Positions 34,350 to 48,083 of a DNA stretch of 64,000 bases are shown here, piece by piece. Origin of the DNA: Podarcis pityusensis (Eukaryota); NCBI GenBank assembly GCA_964106645.2, contig OZ067052.1. One strand, given 5' to 3'. The translations under genes and the position numbers were made by a program. Position 1 is the stretch's first letter. Each line of letters begins with the position of its first letter. Under the pieces are notes generated by a model that worked only from the letters and a program-made list of their open reading frames with translations, did not search any database and was not told the origin of the DNA.

Positions 34350-35289
34350 AACAGGACAGATCATGCTGCCTGCTGTGCCTTTTGTAAAGTTGCCTATCTC
34401 TCCACTGTGCATTTGGACACCTCTGAAGATACTGCTGGGCTGCCTCTCTTGCCCTCCACTCTCGGCTTCAGAGTCATGGCATCCTCCCCCCATCACCTCT
34501 GTCAGCTTCTGGGGGACGGAGCGGGGTGATTCCCTGCCCTCCTCCCTCCAGAAGTGCCTAAGCTGCCTGGCATCTGCGTTGGTCAAGTCCAGCGGTGGAG
34601 GAGCTGCCCCTCCCGCCTTGGCAGCTGTGACTTGGGATGGAGCCAGGCTGCGCCGCTAATTATCCCTCTGACACTCGCCAGAGCTCCTCTTGGCACGAGG
34701 GGAAGGGGCCGGGCTGAGTGGCCGTCCTTCCCCGCTGGCGCACCAGGGCCTGGGTGGCAAAGCGGGATGGGACAGTCTATTAAGACTCTCTGCCTTTTCA
34801 CCAGGCTCTCCATGGCAGCCCAGACTGGCCTCTGTCAGATTTGCAGAGGTGCATGGAGGAGAGGGGGCAGCAGTGGTCACCAGTTGTCCTTTAAAAGAGG
34901 ACAAATTGATAGCTATTAACCACAATGGCTCGGCTTGGCCTTCACGCTCAGAGACAGCCGTGCTTCTGGATGCTAGTTGCTGGAAACTGCAGGAGGGGAG
35001 AGGGCTCTTGGGCTCAGGTCCAGCTTGCGGGTTTTGCGGTCAGGCGTCTTTGGACCCTGTGAGAGCAGGATGCTGGACTAAATTTGCCTCCTGTGGCCTG
35101 ATCTAGTAGGCTCTCCTTATGTTTGAGAGCCTCAGATGAGCCCTCCTGTCCAGGTCAGGCAATGCCACCCCCGCGCCTAGCCCACATCATTGTTCTGCAT
35201 CCCTGCAACCAGAGCGTGCTTGGTGGCAATGGTGGTGGTCTGGTGCAAACTCTCCAGCGCTCCCTTGGTGGATCAGTCAGGCGTGAGGT

Positions 35290-35680
35290 TCATAGAAACA
35301 CAGAATGGTAGAGTTGGAAGGGAACCCAGGGGTCATCTCGCCCAACCCCTGGCAACGCAAGAATCTCAACTAAAGCATCCCTGACAGATGGCCATCCAAC
35401 CTCTGCTTAAAAACCTCCAAGGAAAGAGAGTTTGCCGCCTTCTGAGATGGTCTGTTCCACTGTTGAACAGCTCTTCCTAATGTTGGGTCAGAATATCCTT
35501 CCTTGTCATTTGGATCCATTGGTTTGTGTCCTCTCCCCTTGCTCCCTCCCGCATTTGACAGCCCTTGATCTATCTGAAGGTGACTCATCTCTCCTCTCGC
35601 TCCTCTTCTCCATGCTCAACATCCCCTGCTCCCTCAACCGTTCCTCCTAAGGCTTGGTTTCCAGACTGCCCCCTGGACAA
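35290..35680 (-). mobile_element. CR1 3' fragment (short-3'UTR family)
   Basis: The minus frame encodes [17 protein letters not shown]. Similar copies at about 3797-3975, 37308-37460 and 47599-47915. Confidence 0.8.
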
Positions 35681-35775
35681 GCACTTCTGTCACTGCTACT
35701 TTGGTGGGGGTTTTGTCCGAGGTTTCACGGGAGGGCGCTGACCATGTTTCCTTTCGTTTCCCCTCTTCCCTGCAG

Positions 35776-35892
35776 AGTGCCTCTCTGAAGACTGTCGCTC
35801 GGTGATCCAGGAGCAGGCCACGGCCCTGGGGCTCTCCATGTTCGCCATGCTGGTCAAGCGCTGCACTGCTCTGCTGCGGGACGTCTCCCCAG
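35776..35892 (+). CDS. SMG6: SMG6 coding exon E ([39 protein letters not shown])
   Basis: Acceptor ccctgcag|, donor CAG|gtgagc, 117 nt, phase 1/1. Follows a 22.5-kb intron. Confidence 0.96.
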
Positions 35893-37814
35893 GTGAGCAG
35901 AAGCAGGCATATATTTCCCTTGCCAAGAAGGGCTGCTTTTTCCTCGTTTCCCTCCCTCAACACGCCTCTGAGGAGACCCACGGGAAATCAGGCTAGATTC
36001 AGGGAACCCAGGGCACTAGCAGAAGCCAGTGCAAGGACTCTTGCTGATGGAACAGGGCTTCCCCAGCATCTGCCTTGGAGGGTCAGGAGAGCTCAGGGGG
36101 AGGGCAGAAGACCCCAGGTTCACTCCTGGGAGAGCATCGAGCTGGGAAAGATTCCCTGCCAGAACCCAGGAGAGCCCCTGCCAGTCAGTGCAGGAAGTAC
36201 TAGGCCAGGTGGATCAACAGTGTGACTCGGTAGAAGGCACCTTCCTCTGCTCCCATTTAAGCTGTCCCTGTATTTAGAAACATGAGGCTTGAATCTTCTT
36301 CTTTTCAGAGAAAAGGACCATAGGTCTGTGGTGGAGACAGTCTCAGCCTCAGTCCCCAGAGGCATCTCCAGGTGGGGTGGGGAGAGACTCCCTCTCTGAA
36401 GCCCTGGAGAGCCATTGCTGCCAGTCAGAGTAGACAGTTCTGCATCAGAGGGACCCAAGGCAGCTTGCCGTCTTCCTAGATTGAGACCTGCCCGATCCTC
36501 CTCTTCCTCCTCCTGGTGTTCAGGGACCCTCTTTCCCCCATTTTGGCATCGGGAAGCCTTAAATTTTCATTTTTTTAAATATAAAAGTTCCCAGCCCATA
36601 TGGCTGTGAAGAAGCCTAATGGACTGGCAGAAGGCAGATGGTGGAGAGGAGGAGAATTGCTGTTCATTGGCGGGGCAGAGGCGACCAGCTGAGGCAGAAT
36701 CCACTGGGCGAAACTAAGAAAAGACGCAGCACGTGTGCCTGATTTTACGCTGTCTGTGGAATTTCGCAGCTCTTAGCGCCCGGATTTGGAGTTGACGCTC
36801 AGCTTCTATTTAGGAACTGTTTTCTGGCTATGCTCGTGGGAAGCTCCCTTACACCAGGGGGCTTTCTCCAGCTGACTCCATATTGTCTTCTCTAATGGGC
36901 AGCAGCTCTCCGGGGCTTTGGGGCAGGGATCTCTCCCAGCCCTGCCTGGAGGGGCAGTTGGGGACTGAACCTGGGACCATCTCCATACAAAGCAGGTGCC
37001 CACTGCTCCTCTGCCCACCTGTTGGATAGCCCAGTTCCTTTGTCCCTGTCCTTTGTGGGGCCCTTCTGCCGTTCCCCCTCCCCTTTCAGTCACAGCTGCA
37101 TCAAGGAAACCCAGAGCGTCCTTAGACTGTCCTTGGGATGGTTTCTGCAAGTTGAGAGAGGAAGGAGCAAGGCCAGGCTGAAGCTCCGAAGGGCAGAGAC
37201 CACCAGAAGAGAGCCTGGCGCTGGATCAGCCCCAAGGATTCTGTCCTTACAGTGGCCACCAGCAGCCGCAATTCTCCTACGTGATTCACATAATTGTGTG
37301 GAGTTGGAAGGCACCCCAGGGGTCATCTAGTCCAACCCCCAGCGATGCAGGAATCTCAACTAAAGCACCCAAAGACAGATGGCCATCCAACCTCTGCTTA
37401 AAAACCTCCAAGGAAGGAGAGACCACGACCTCTCAAGGGAGTCCGTTCCACGGTCAAACCTTCCTAGCAACTGATATTCAGAGGCATGTACTTCCTTGGA
37501 CTGCGGAAGCAGAGCCATCCTGCCTAGTAGTCACCGATAGCCTTGTCCTGAATTTGTCTAGTCCTCTCTTTAAGCCGATCCATCTAGGTTGGTGTCCAGG
37601 AGGGAGTTCCATAGTTTTGCTGTGCACTGCGAGAGGAAGCCCTCTCTTTTACCTGCCCTGAATCTTCCAGCAAAGATTCTGTCCCTGGTTCAGATCTCGC
37701 TCCTTCCCAGAGGATTTTCAGAGGGCCAAGAGAGGGGGGGGGTGGCAGAGGAGCAGGCGAGGGGCGTTCTTGAGAGGAGCTGCCCGGCCCACTCTGCGTT
37801 TCTTTCTCTCTCAG

Positions 37815-37980
37815 CAGCTGCTCAGGGCCAGGAAGGCTCTGAGGACGATGACATCAAAGTCTCCTCCTTGCCGCAGGACCTGAAGGAACTGCTGCCCAGC
37901 ATCAAGGTCTGGTCGGATTGGATGCTGGGCCACTCGGACACCTGGAACCCCCCGCCCAGCACCCTGGAGCTGCCCAGATC
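37815..37980 (+). CDS. SMG6: SMG6 coding exon F (...[46 protein letters not shown])
   Basis: Tandem acceptor tcagcag (start 37815 or 37818). Donor ATC|gtacgt is required by phase 2 to join exon G. Confidence 0.93.
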
Positions 37981-40900
37981 GTACGTCAGCACCCTTGGGG
38001 GGCCATGCGCCCCTTTCTCCTCTCTCCTCTCCTCACCCAGGCAGGGACTTTCCCTCTGCCCTCTTCCGTGTATGTGGGTGGCTGTAAGTCACTAAGCACC
38101 TTCTTCAGCCTCCGTTTATTTTACCTATGACCTTTGCTTGCTGCCACTCCTCCAAGGAGCCCTGGGTGGGGCTTATGCTCCCCCCAATTCTGTGTCCCCC
38201 CCCCCCCCCAGCAACTCTGCAAGGCAGGTTGAGCTGAGAGTCGGTGGGTGGCCCAAGACTACCCAATGAGCTTAACAGTGGGTGGAGATTTGAACCCAGA
38301 TCTCCTCAGTCTTACTTTGGCATGTCACCCAGCACGATGTCACCCTGGAAGTTCTGGGCTACAACTCCCACCGCCTTTCCATCGGCCACAGGGCCTGGAG
38401 CAGATGGAGGCTGGCAGATCCTGGCCTCATCCAGAGGGCACATGGGCGCCCACTAACTCAATTATGAATTGATCCTTTATCAGAACAGCCTGGCTGCCGG
38501 ATCAGGCCAAAGGGGGCCCATCTAGTCCAGCATCCTGTGCTCACAGTGGCCAAACACCCCTAGGAATCTGGGAGTCTAGATAGACTGCCTCTGGAGCTGG
38601 AGGTTCCATAAGAGCCCTGTAGCTGGATCAGACCCCAAGGGGGCCCATGTATATCCTGTCCTCACAGCCACTAATCAGATGCCCCAATGGAAAGCAGCCG
38701 GAAGCAAGCAGGACCCGGGGGCGTGTGCTGTTTTGATCCCCCCCAGCCCCACCCCTTGGCACCCATTTCCCTGAGCTGCGACCCCCTGGGCAGCTCCATG
38801 CACATTTTGCTTGCATCTTTCTGAGCCGCTCTTGCCCAATCTTTGGGGAGCCAGGCTCTTGGTGGGCCCAGAGGCCTTTCTCCCAGCATGCTCTTCCCCT
38901 TCCGCCCTTCCCTGCAGGCCTTTGCGCCCGGATCCGGATCCCCTCGGCCTCTTCCCCCTCCTCTCCAGTCCTATTAATCTGTCAGAGCCAGGGCTGAGGG
39001 TGATGATGGGGAAGACGAGGCTCCCGGGAGCGGAGGGGGGCTTCATCCTGCAAAGAGGCTGCAGCTCAAAGATGGCTCCCCAGCACTCCTGTCGCACAGG
39101 GGCAGGAGGAGGCAGGATGTCCGTCCATCTCCAGCCTCTTCCCTCATTTATGGCTACTACTCTTTTTTTTGCTTCATTTTGGCCGAGGAAATGGAAATCT
39201 CACACAGGAAGTGCCGGGCCCCATTTTGGGGGAGCGGGAAAAAGAGTCTGTTTTCTGTTTGCTGGCTGCTTCGGGCCGGCTGGCTGGCTGGCTGGTAGGC
39301 TGGCGGATGGAGGGGGGGCGCTTGCCTGTCTATGTGAACTGTTGCCCATCTTTGGACAGCAGCTCAGACCCCCAGAGAGGGCACTCACAGGAGCCCACCT
39401 CCTGCCAGTCCCGACTCCTTTCCCAGTGGGGTTCCACTCCTCCTCTTCCTCTTCCTCTTCCAGCCTCGCTGCTCTCCCTTTAACACAGTAGGATCCCTGG
39501 TCACTAAAAAGGGCCATAGCTCAGTGGTGGAGCTTCCCTTGCAAGCAGAAGGTCCCTGGTTCAGTCCTTGCTGGAATCCGCAAGTAGGGCTAAGGACACC
39601 CCTCTGCCTCTTTGCTTGACACCCTACAGAGCTGCTGCCAGTCAGTGTAGACAGTACTGAGTAGACCAATGGTGCGGCTCCATATAAGGCAGCTCCCTTT
39701 GTTCCTAATCATATAATTGTATAGTCGAAAGGGATCCCAACGGTCATCTAGCCCAATCCTTTGCAATGCAGGGAACAGCATTGGTTGGGGCAGTATGTTA
39801 TCACAATAATAATTATTAATTATTTATTATTTATACCCCGCCCATCTGGCTGGGTTTCCCCAGCCACTTCCAGGCACCAGGGCTGCTGCTTGAGGCCACC
39901 TCCTCCCTTCTGGCCCCCGCTTCTCCACACATGGCCAATGGGTGGTGGGGGGCCCCTCGTCCCGTCTCCTCTCAGGGAGGCCCCCCAGGACACTGACAGG
40001 CTGTCCTCCTCACTTTGCTCAGGAGCACAGGTGGGGGGAGCCCCATCCAGGTGGTGAAGCTAATGGACTTAGGCGAGTGGCAGGACCACTGACCGTGCGT
40101 CAGCCTCATGGGGGTGGACAGGGCTGGGCTTCACGTCCCAGGACTCGTTTGCGGGGCCTTTCTGGTAAAGGAAGCTCCAGTTGAGCACAGGATTGGCACT
40201 CCCCCTGCCAAAATCTGCCAGGGCGTGACTTATGACACCTTTCGCACGCACATACCCCGAAACATCCAGGCTCCCAAACAATTTGGACGCAAACAACTTG
40301 TCTTTGCTGGCCGGGGGGGAGTCTGAACATACACACCCCTTTGCTGATGCGCAGGAACAGGGCCCTAAAGGAGGATCAGGTCCCCGCTGCCCCCCAGGCC
40401 CAAGCCGTGGCAACCTCTGTCGTTTCCACCCCGGTACCCCTCTTTTCTGCCCCCCGGCAGGCAGGCTGCCTGTTTCCCAGGGAGCCAGCACAGGCTCCGA
40501 GGCCGGCTAAACTCAGCCCAGCTGCGGCAGTTGGTTTATTGCTTTCAGCTGGTACTTGAACCCGGGTCCCGGGCTTTGGAGCCCTTCCCAGGCTTAATCC
40601 CCGGAGCTTTCTCCGCAGCTGTATGACACTCCGCTGACCCTGAATGAGGATAGGAAAATAGAACGGGTGCCAAGCCAGAGTCTCTTTTTCATTTGGAGCG
40701 CCTGGCGGCCTGCCCATGACCAGGGTTACATAATGGGAAACATAGCTGGGACTCTGGAGAGCCCTCCGCGCCTCCCCCCCTCCGCCTGCCCCCTCCTCTT
40801 CCTCGCCAGGCTGCCCAGGCCCATTCCCCTGTGCTCCTGCCGCTGCCTCTGCCGCCATATATCTTCCTAATTGGCCCTCGGATGCATTTATCACCCGCTT

Positions 40901-43900
40901 GGAGCTTTTACGCCAGAGTCCTCCGAGTGGAAACCGGGACGGCGTTCTCCTCTTCCCCTCCTGCAGGGACGGAGGATGTGGCATTGGCGCTCGGGCCAGG
41001 TGGGGGGAGAACGCGCTGGGGGGAAGCAGGCATTTCCTAGGGCCTCGGAAGGAAGCCGGTGTCCGGCAGCCCGTGTTTCGCTTAGCCCAGAGCCGGGAAC
41101 TGTTTTTACCCCTTTAGGAAAAAAGAGGAGAGGACGCCTCCTTTGTGCCCAAGGGCAGCAGTGGCTTTTTCTTGGGGTGGGGGGTAGAGGGAAGACCGGA
41201 GGGCCATGTCACATCCCACATACGGTCCCCGTGGCAGGCGTGGCCAGAGCAATGGATGTGGCTTTTTTATACATTGGCATTTCAGCCAGGGGGTTGTTCA
41301 GAGGCCCATAGAATGGTAGAGTCAGAAGGGGCACCCGAGGGTCATCCAATCCAACCCCCTGCAGTGCAGGAATCACAGCGAAAGGATACTTGACAGGGAT
41401 GCACCCTCCTCACCCAGGTAACCCAGAGGGATGGTCAGTGTTCAGGGACGCCTCCTGCCCTGGCCAAAGCTCCTTGGGGGAAGAGGGAGAGTGGCCCTCG
41501 GGGGGGGGGGAGCTCCTGCATTCGAATGCTGCTTGAGCGTTGGGGCATTTGCTTGGCCACTGTGAGAGCAGGTGGGACTCGAAGGACCCCTTTGGCCAGA
41601 TCCAGCAGACCCCTCTTGCGTTCTTACCAGAGAATTGTAGGGTTAGAAGAGACCCCCAGGCTCATCTAGTCCAGCGCACTGCAGTGCTGGAATGCATCAA
41701 GTGATGACTGGCATCAAGCGATGACTTACTTTGGGAGTGAGCCGTCGGATGAAACAACTGCTTGACAAAGACTGCTTGCTAAAACGGATCTTTTGCTGCC
41801 GGTCCGTAGTATTTGTTGATATTTTTGTTTATTATCAAAGGTTAGAACAATGCAGGTACTATTTGGACGTAATTTGAGGAGGAGATGTGCCAGGGAGATG
41901 GAGAGGTGGAAGGGATAATATAAGGAAGGGATAAGAAGGGATAAGAAACACACGCCCCACATACAGCCCTGCCCCACTCAGAAGTCTTTTTCCCCACCAG
42001 GAGCCCAGTGACACGGAGCTCTCTCTCCCTTCCGCCTTGGACTTGCCTGTGGCCCAAGGAACAAGCCCCAAGGAGAGCTGTGGGGAGGGAGGACCCCCAG
42101 TTGCCACCTCCTGCTCTTTGACCTTTGCCATCTTTTGGGAGGGGGGAACCTGTCTGTAGGGGCTGCTTTTAGCAGGATGGGGGCTTGGCAAGTAATTGCT
42201 GGGAGAGGCGGCTGGGCTGAGCTGCCTCCCCCCCCCCCAAGCAAGAGCAAAAGGCCCGAGCGGTTTGCCATCTGGAGCGCAACGCTGGGCTCCTTCCACC
42301 GCACTCCTTCCGGGTTTGAGCTGCAGCTGTGGGGCTGGTGAGTGCGAGTGTTTAAACAGGCTGGTATTACACAGGAAATGGCCACCTCCATGGGGCCCCC
42401 GCAGGCCTGGAACATGGGGTCATTGTGTTTGGCGTTCAGCGCGTGGGAAGGGGGGTGCGTGCGTGGAGGCCCCAGGCAGCCCCACGGCACTCGGGGATCC
42501 CTTGGTGCAAGCCTCCGGAGCCCAGGCCTCGCCCCCAGCCCAGGTTAGTTTTGGAAGAGAGTCCTTCCCCCTACCCCTGCCCCGACCATCCATGCCCCGC
42601 TTCCTTCGTCTCCAGGCTGTGCCCCTATTTCCTCCTCCCGGTCACCCTGACCTGCTCTGGCTGGGCAGTCTCCCTGCCCTTGGAGCCCAGGAATGCAAGA
42701 CGAAGGAAGGAAAAGACATTGCTTGGCTTTGCTGGGAGAAGGGCGGCAGAGAAAGGTGGGCAGTCCTCTCCCCACCCGGGCCCTTCCTCCTGCAGCCTGG
42801 CAATCCCAGCAAACAAGGTCTTTGCTGCTCTGTCCAGGAGGGCGTGCTTTGGGGAGAAGGCGGCTATTCTCCCTGCCTTGTTTGGGGTTGCCCAGCACCA
42901 AGGCAGTTCACCCATCCTCCCCCAAGGAGAACTGCCCTGTGGCCTAGAGCATTGCTCTTGGGGGCCCTTCCTTGCTCTCACACCCTTCTCAAGGTCAGGT
43001 AGTGAGCAGGTGCCCAGGGGACAGAGCTCCCGCTTTGTGTGCAGAAGGCCCAAGGCTCAACCCCCCGGGGCAGCTCCGGGAAGGGCTAGTGGAGTATCCC
43101 CCCCCCGAACCCCTGGAGAGCCATTGCTGCCAGCCAAAGTACTGCGCTCGGTGGGGCAGTCCAGTCCAGCCAGGGGTCAAGCAGCTGTTCTTGTTAAATC
43201 CACCCTGAATTCAGGACCGTCAGGCCTGGGACCTTGCTTTTGAGGGAAGGAGGTGCAGCTCAGGAACAAAGTGCCTGAATTGCACAGCGAAGGAGTCTGC
43301 TTCGGGAAGGGCTGGGGGTGCCCCTGCCAGAGACCCCTGGAAAGCCACGTCTGCCAGTCCATACAGGCAATGACAGCATAGGAGGAGCCCTGCCGGATCA
43401 GGCCAGTGGTTTCACCTGGCCCAGCCTCCTGTCCTCCCAGTGGCCAACCAGACGTCTCAGGGGGGAAACTGAAAGCAGGATCTGAGCCCAAGAGCCTCGG
43501 AAGCAGAGCCATTGTGGCTCATAGCCTGGGGTCTCTGCCTCCCTCTGCTGCCGCCTCCCAGCCTCCTGCCCCAGGCGGGTGATGGTGGGGGACTCACACT
43601 GCTGGTGGGGGCTGCCAGCGGGGGTGGGAGCATCAGGCCGCCTAACGCCTGGCCAAATCCTTCCTCCCATGGGCAGCAGCATCGCACGTCGGAGGTGGCC
43701 CAGAGCTGTCCTCTTGCATCCGGCCCTTGTCTCTGCAGCCAAGGCCCCGAGGATAAGCTCAGGGCCGTGGGGCAGCGCAGGGCGGGGGGGCGGCACCGTT
43801 GCTCATATACGTTTCCTCTGGTGCGGATCTGGAGGGGGGGCAGTTCGTGGAAAGTTCAGTTCCTTTTAACCCTCCAGGCTCTGTTTATTTTCAAGCTGGT

Positions 43901-46811
43901 AGCGCAAGCCAAGCCTTTTCCCATTACATCATGGGGGACCCTTGGACATCGTCCGCCCGCGCGCCCCCCCCAAAAGCCCCACATATTTACTCCTGTTTCT
44001 CTCTGTGTGCGTTTTCCACCTTTTAAATGTTTCTGACAGCCAGACCTGGCTGGGGCAAAGTGGGGAGGGGGAGCCACGATCTGGGGGCCCCCTCCTCCCT
44101 GCCTCCCTCCCTCCGACCAAGGCTCTGGGGGCGCAGGCAGGCGCTGATGCTGTGCTGGGCTTTGATTAATGGCAGCTCATTCCGCCCAGCTCCCAGGACA
44201 CTCTTGAAAACAAGATGTTTCGTTTCAATGCAAGGCTTTTCTCTCTCCTCCCCCCTCCCCGCATGTTGATTCCAGCAAATAAATGAGTGCAGATTGTCCA
44301 CCTGGAGCCACTTGCTGGGGGGGGGGGAGAGGTGTTGGGGTAAGGGGCTTGTCGTAGGCCCCGAGGATGGAAGACCTTCCCTGGTCCCAGGGTGAGCGGG
44401 CACAGAGAGAGATGGCAAGGAAGGGGTTCCCTTTCCCTGCCACCGCTGGAGTGACCCTTTTCTCTGGTCCCACGGCGAAAAACATCCCTCTTGAAAGCGA
44501 ACACTTTTTAAAAAGAGGTTTAAGGAGTGAGCATGAGAACATGACCCCCTGCTTCTGCAAACTGACCCTCACTGTCCTTGGTCGGCTGCTTCCAACAATA
44601 TTTATTTACTCATTTGTTTTTGGCATTTCTGGTCCACCTTTTTCTCCGAGGAGCGTCCCTGGTTCTCCCCCTCCTCATTTTAATCCTGGCAACAACCCTG
44701 CAAGGTGGGTTGAGCTGAGAGAGGCAGTGACCCCAAGGTCATGCCCAGCTGTGCCCCTTTCCTCTCCCTGCTCACCCACCCCCAACCACAGCTACACCTT
44801 AGGAAGGACTGCCACGTCCTGCACCACTGAGACTCCTCCTGTTTTTCATCACTTCATCACTTCTTTGCAAGGCACCCAGTTAACGTTTTGTCGTTGGGCA
44901 GGGGGTCAATATCGTCCACAACTCCCTCTTGGGGCTGCAGTCCTTCATGCAGGCTCGCTGGGGAGCAAGCCCTCAAAGTGAGCTCCTGTGCCAGGTCCCT
45001 CTGGAGCCCAAGATGGCAGCTGCAGGTGACATCGCCAGTGTTGTACAACCGGGCAAGATTGCTTTGAGAATTGGAATAAAAAATGGCTGTCTGTCGCCTG
45101 GGTTTCTTTAGCTGCAATTCCTGCATTGCAGGGGGCTGGACTAGAGGACCCTTGGGGTCCTTCACGACCCTGTGATTCCCTAGGGGCTTTTAAACAGAGC
45201 TTGCATCAGCAGTGATTCCTGTGTTGCAGCGGGTTGTGCTGGATGATCCTCGGGGGTCCCTTCCAACACCACAATTCTGCGAAAAGTGCTGCAAAGGGAG
45301 CACAACTTGCTTGGCCCATTTCAACCCTTTTTGATTGCTTTGCATCATTTTTTCTGCTTCCTCTTCCCCTGCCCAGCCTGGCTTCTGAGGTTTCCCCAGC
45401 CGTGGTGACATGCTCTTCCAGGCACCTCTTTGCACCACTTGAAAGAGCTCCCAAATGGCACTCTCTGTTCTCACCCTCGGCTCTGCGGGGTGTGAGAGCC
45501 ACCCACATGCTGCACACACCCCTCACCCTCCTCCCCAGGGTGCCTTTGAGGGTGAAGCTGCAGCCAGAAGCGAAACTGGTATCAGGATGCCAGCAAGCAC
45601 CCCCACCCCGCCTTTCGTGTCTCTCTCTCCCGACATACCTGAAGCTGAATGTCGGGAGAGTCAGGGCAGACGAAAGAAAGCCCTTCTTCAGAGTTGAACT
45701 GTGGAACTCCCTGCCACAGGAGGCAGTGATGGCCACCAACCTGGATGGCCTTAAAAGAGCATTGCACAAGCACATGGAGGAAGAGGAGGAGGCTTTGAAG
45801 GGCTCCTCGCCAAGGTGGCTGTGCTCTGCCTCCACGGTCGGAAAGTGGTGCTTCCGAATGCTGCTTGCTGGCAACTGCTACCCACAGTTTAATGGGGATG
45901 CTTCCAGGAGTTGAAGCTGGATATAGGAAGCTACCATCCAGGTCAGTTTTGCCTACACAGACTGGCAGCATCCCCTGGAGGTGTCTTTCCCAGCCCTCCC
46001 CAGGGATGATGCAGTTGGGGTTTGAAGCTGGAGCCTTCTACATGCAGAGCAGGTACTCAGGGGCCACGACCAGCCCAGTTTGGCCCTCAGCTGGCCCACA
46101 GCTGTTGTCATGCTTCCCCCAGGAGCCAGCGTGGCTCCAATAGCAAGTGAGGAGAGTGGGCACCCAGTGGGTGCTCAAGAGCCTGGCACTCTCCACCAGA
46201 CTCGGAGCAACTTATCCTTCCTTGCGCTGTGCTTTCCCTTTGCTCTCTCTGCGAGATCCTTCCCCAACCGGACAAAGCCTGTTAGTTTTGGCCCCTTTAG
46301 CCTTAAAGGTGTGCGTGTGTGTGTGCCCCTTGTGTCCCTGGGCCTCCCCCTTTCCTACCTGCTGTCTTCCGTAGAGTCCACGTTGAGCTCAATAGTTGAG
46401 AGACAGTGGCGGTGTAGTGGTTAGAGTCCAGCACTGGGGCCTGGGAGAGACCAGGGTTCAAATCTCTGCTTGGCCATGAAGCACACAGGGTGACCTTGGA
46501 GGCCAGCCACTCTTGCCTCTCCGCCTGAGCCACCTTGCTGGGACAGAGGAGAATGGCATGTATCCCCTTGAGCTCATTGGAGAAGACAGTGGCGTAGAAA
46601 TGCAATAGATAATGGGGAAGAGGCCTCTCCAGCCTGTGTGACATGGGGGGCAGGCATCTTTTAGGGGAAGGGGTGCCCACGCCTTGCCTGCAACAGAGTG
46701 CCCAGCCCTGCAGGGAAGTTGCATCTCCTGAGCAAGAGTGTCTGCGGTGTCCTGGGGATGGGGGTCTCCCCTGCCTTGCTCAGCTCCCCCCCCCTTCTCC
46801 CCACCCTGCAG

Positions 46812-47013
46812 GGTCTCGGTGGACGTGTGGGCTACCCTGGCCGACTTCTGCAACATCCTGACGGCCGTGAACCAGTCGGAGGTGCCGCTCTACAAGGACC
46901 CGGACGAGGACCTGGCCCTGCTCAGCCTGGAGGAGGACCGCCTGCTCTCGGGTTTCGTCCCGCTGCTGGTCGCCCCCCAGGAGCCCTGCTACGTGGAGAA
47001 ATCCTCGGACAAG
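46812..47013 (+). CDS. SMG6: SMG6 coding exon G (VSVDVWATLADFCNILTAVNQSEVPLYKDPDED...CYVEKSSDK)
   Basis: Acceptor ccctgcag|, donor AAG|gtcagg, 202 nt, phase 2/0. The next exon was not found before 64000. Confidence 0.97.
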
Positions 47014-48083
47014 GTCAGGGCCGGGGCACGGCGCCCCTCCTCCTCCTCCTCCTCTCTGTCTCCCCCCTCCGCAACCCTCCAGGCCGTTTCTTCTTGGGAA
47101 GCATTTTTGTGCAAACGGAACACGATTAAGTCATTGAGAAAAGGGTGTTAAGGGAAAATATCGACCTTTTAGCCGCTGACATCCCGCTCTGTGTCATGAA
47201 AAACCCTCTTGACTTCCTTTTGCTCTGTGTGTGTGTATAAGAGAGAGAGTGTGTGTGAGTGTGAGTGTGTCTGTGAGTGCGCTCGCTGGCATGCCGTAGA
47301 TACGGTCATTTCCTCCCTTGTTTAAAGAGCGCAGCTTGCGTTGGCAGCTCTCTGCAGCTCCTCCAAATGGCTTGCATCACGCTCCTCCGAGCAGCCTCCT
47401 CCTCTCCCCCCTCCCCGCCCCGACTGCAGAGCCCTGCGTGAGGAGGAAGCCGGCCAGATCTATCTCTCTTCCTCTAAAGACCGGGCGATAAAGAAGGTTG
47501 GCGGGGAAGTGAAAAGAAGCACCCAGTGGGGGTGATGGGGGGGGCCTGCCAGACCTCCTGCAGCTTCCCTTGCCCCACCAGCAGCAGCTCTCTGGGGTTC
47601 ATAGAATTGTAGAGTTGAAAGGGATCCCCAAAGGTCCTCTAGCCCACCCCCCTGCAAAGCAGGAATCACAGCTGAAGAATCGCTGGCAGGTGGCCACCCA
47701 ACCTCCATTTAAAGGCCTCCGAGGAAGGACCTTCAAGGGAGTCCTCTCCACTGCTCAGTGGCTCTTAACATCAGAAAGTTATTCCTGATGTTCGGTCAGA
47801 ATCTCCTTCCTTGTCACTCATCCTCGCCTCCGGAGCAGCAGAATACAAGCTTGCACCATCTTCCATGTGACAGCCCTTCCATATCTGAAGCTGGCTCTCA
47901 TGTCACCTCTCCCTTTCCTCTTTTGTAGAACATAAGACTGGCCTGCAGGATCAGGCCAAAGGGCACCCATCTCATCCAGCGTCTTGTTCTCATATCGGCA
48001 AACCAGATTCCCCAGTAGGAAACCCTCAAGCAGGACTTGAGCACGAGATCAGCCCCTCTCCCCTCTTGTGGTATCCAGCACCT

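Noticed and set aside
41701-41880. C/D box snoRNA (GTGATGA box C)
   Set aside because: No CTGA box D or terminal stem at a suitable distance. The motif comes from a short tandem duplication.
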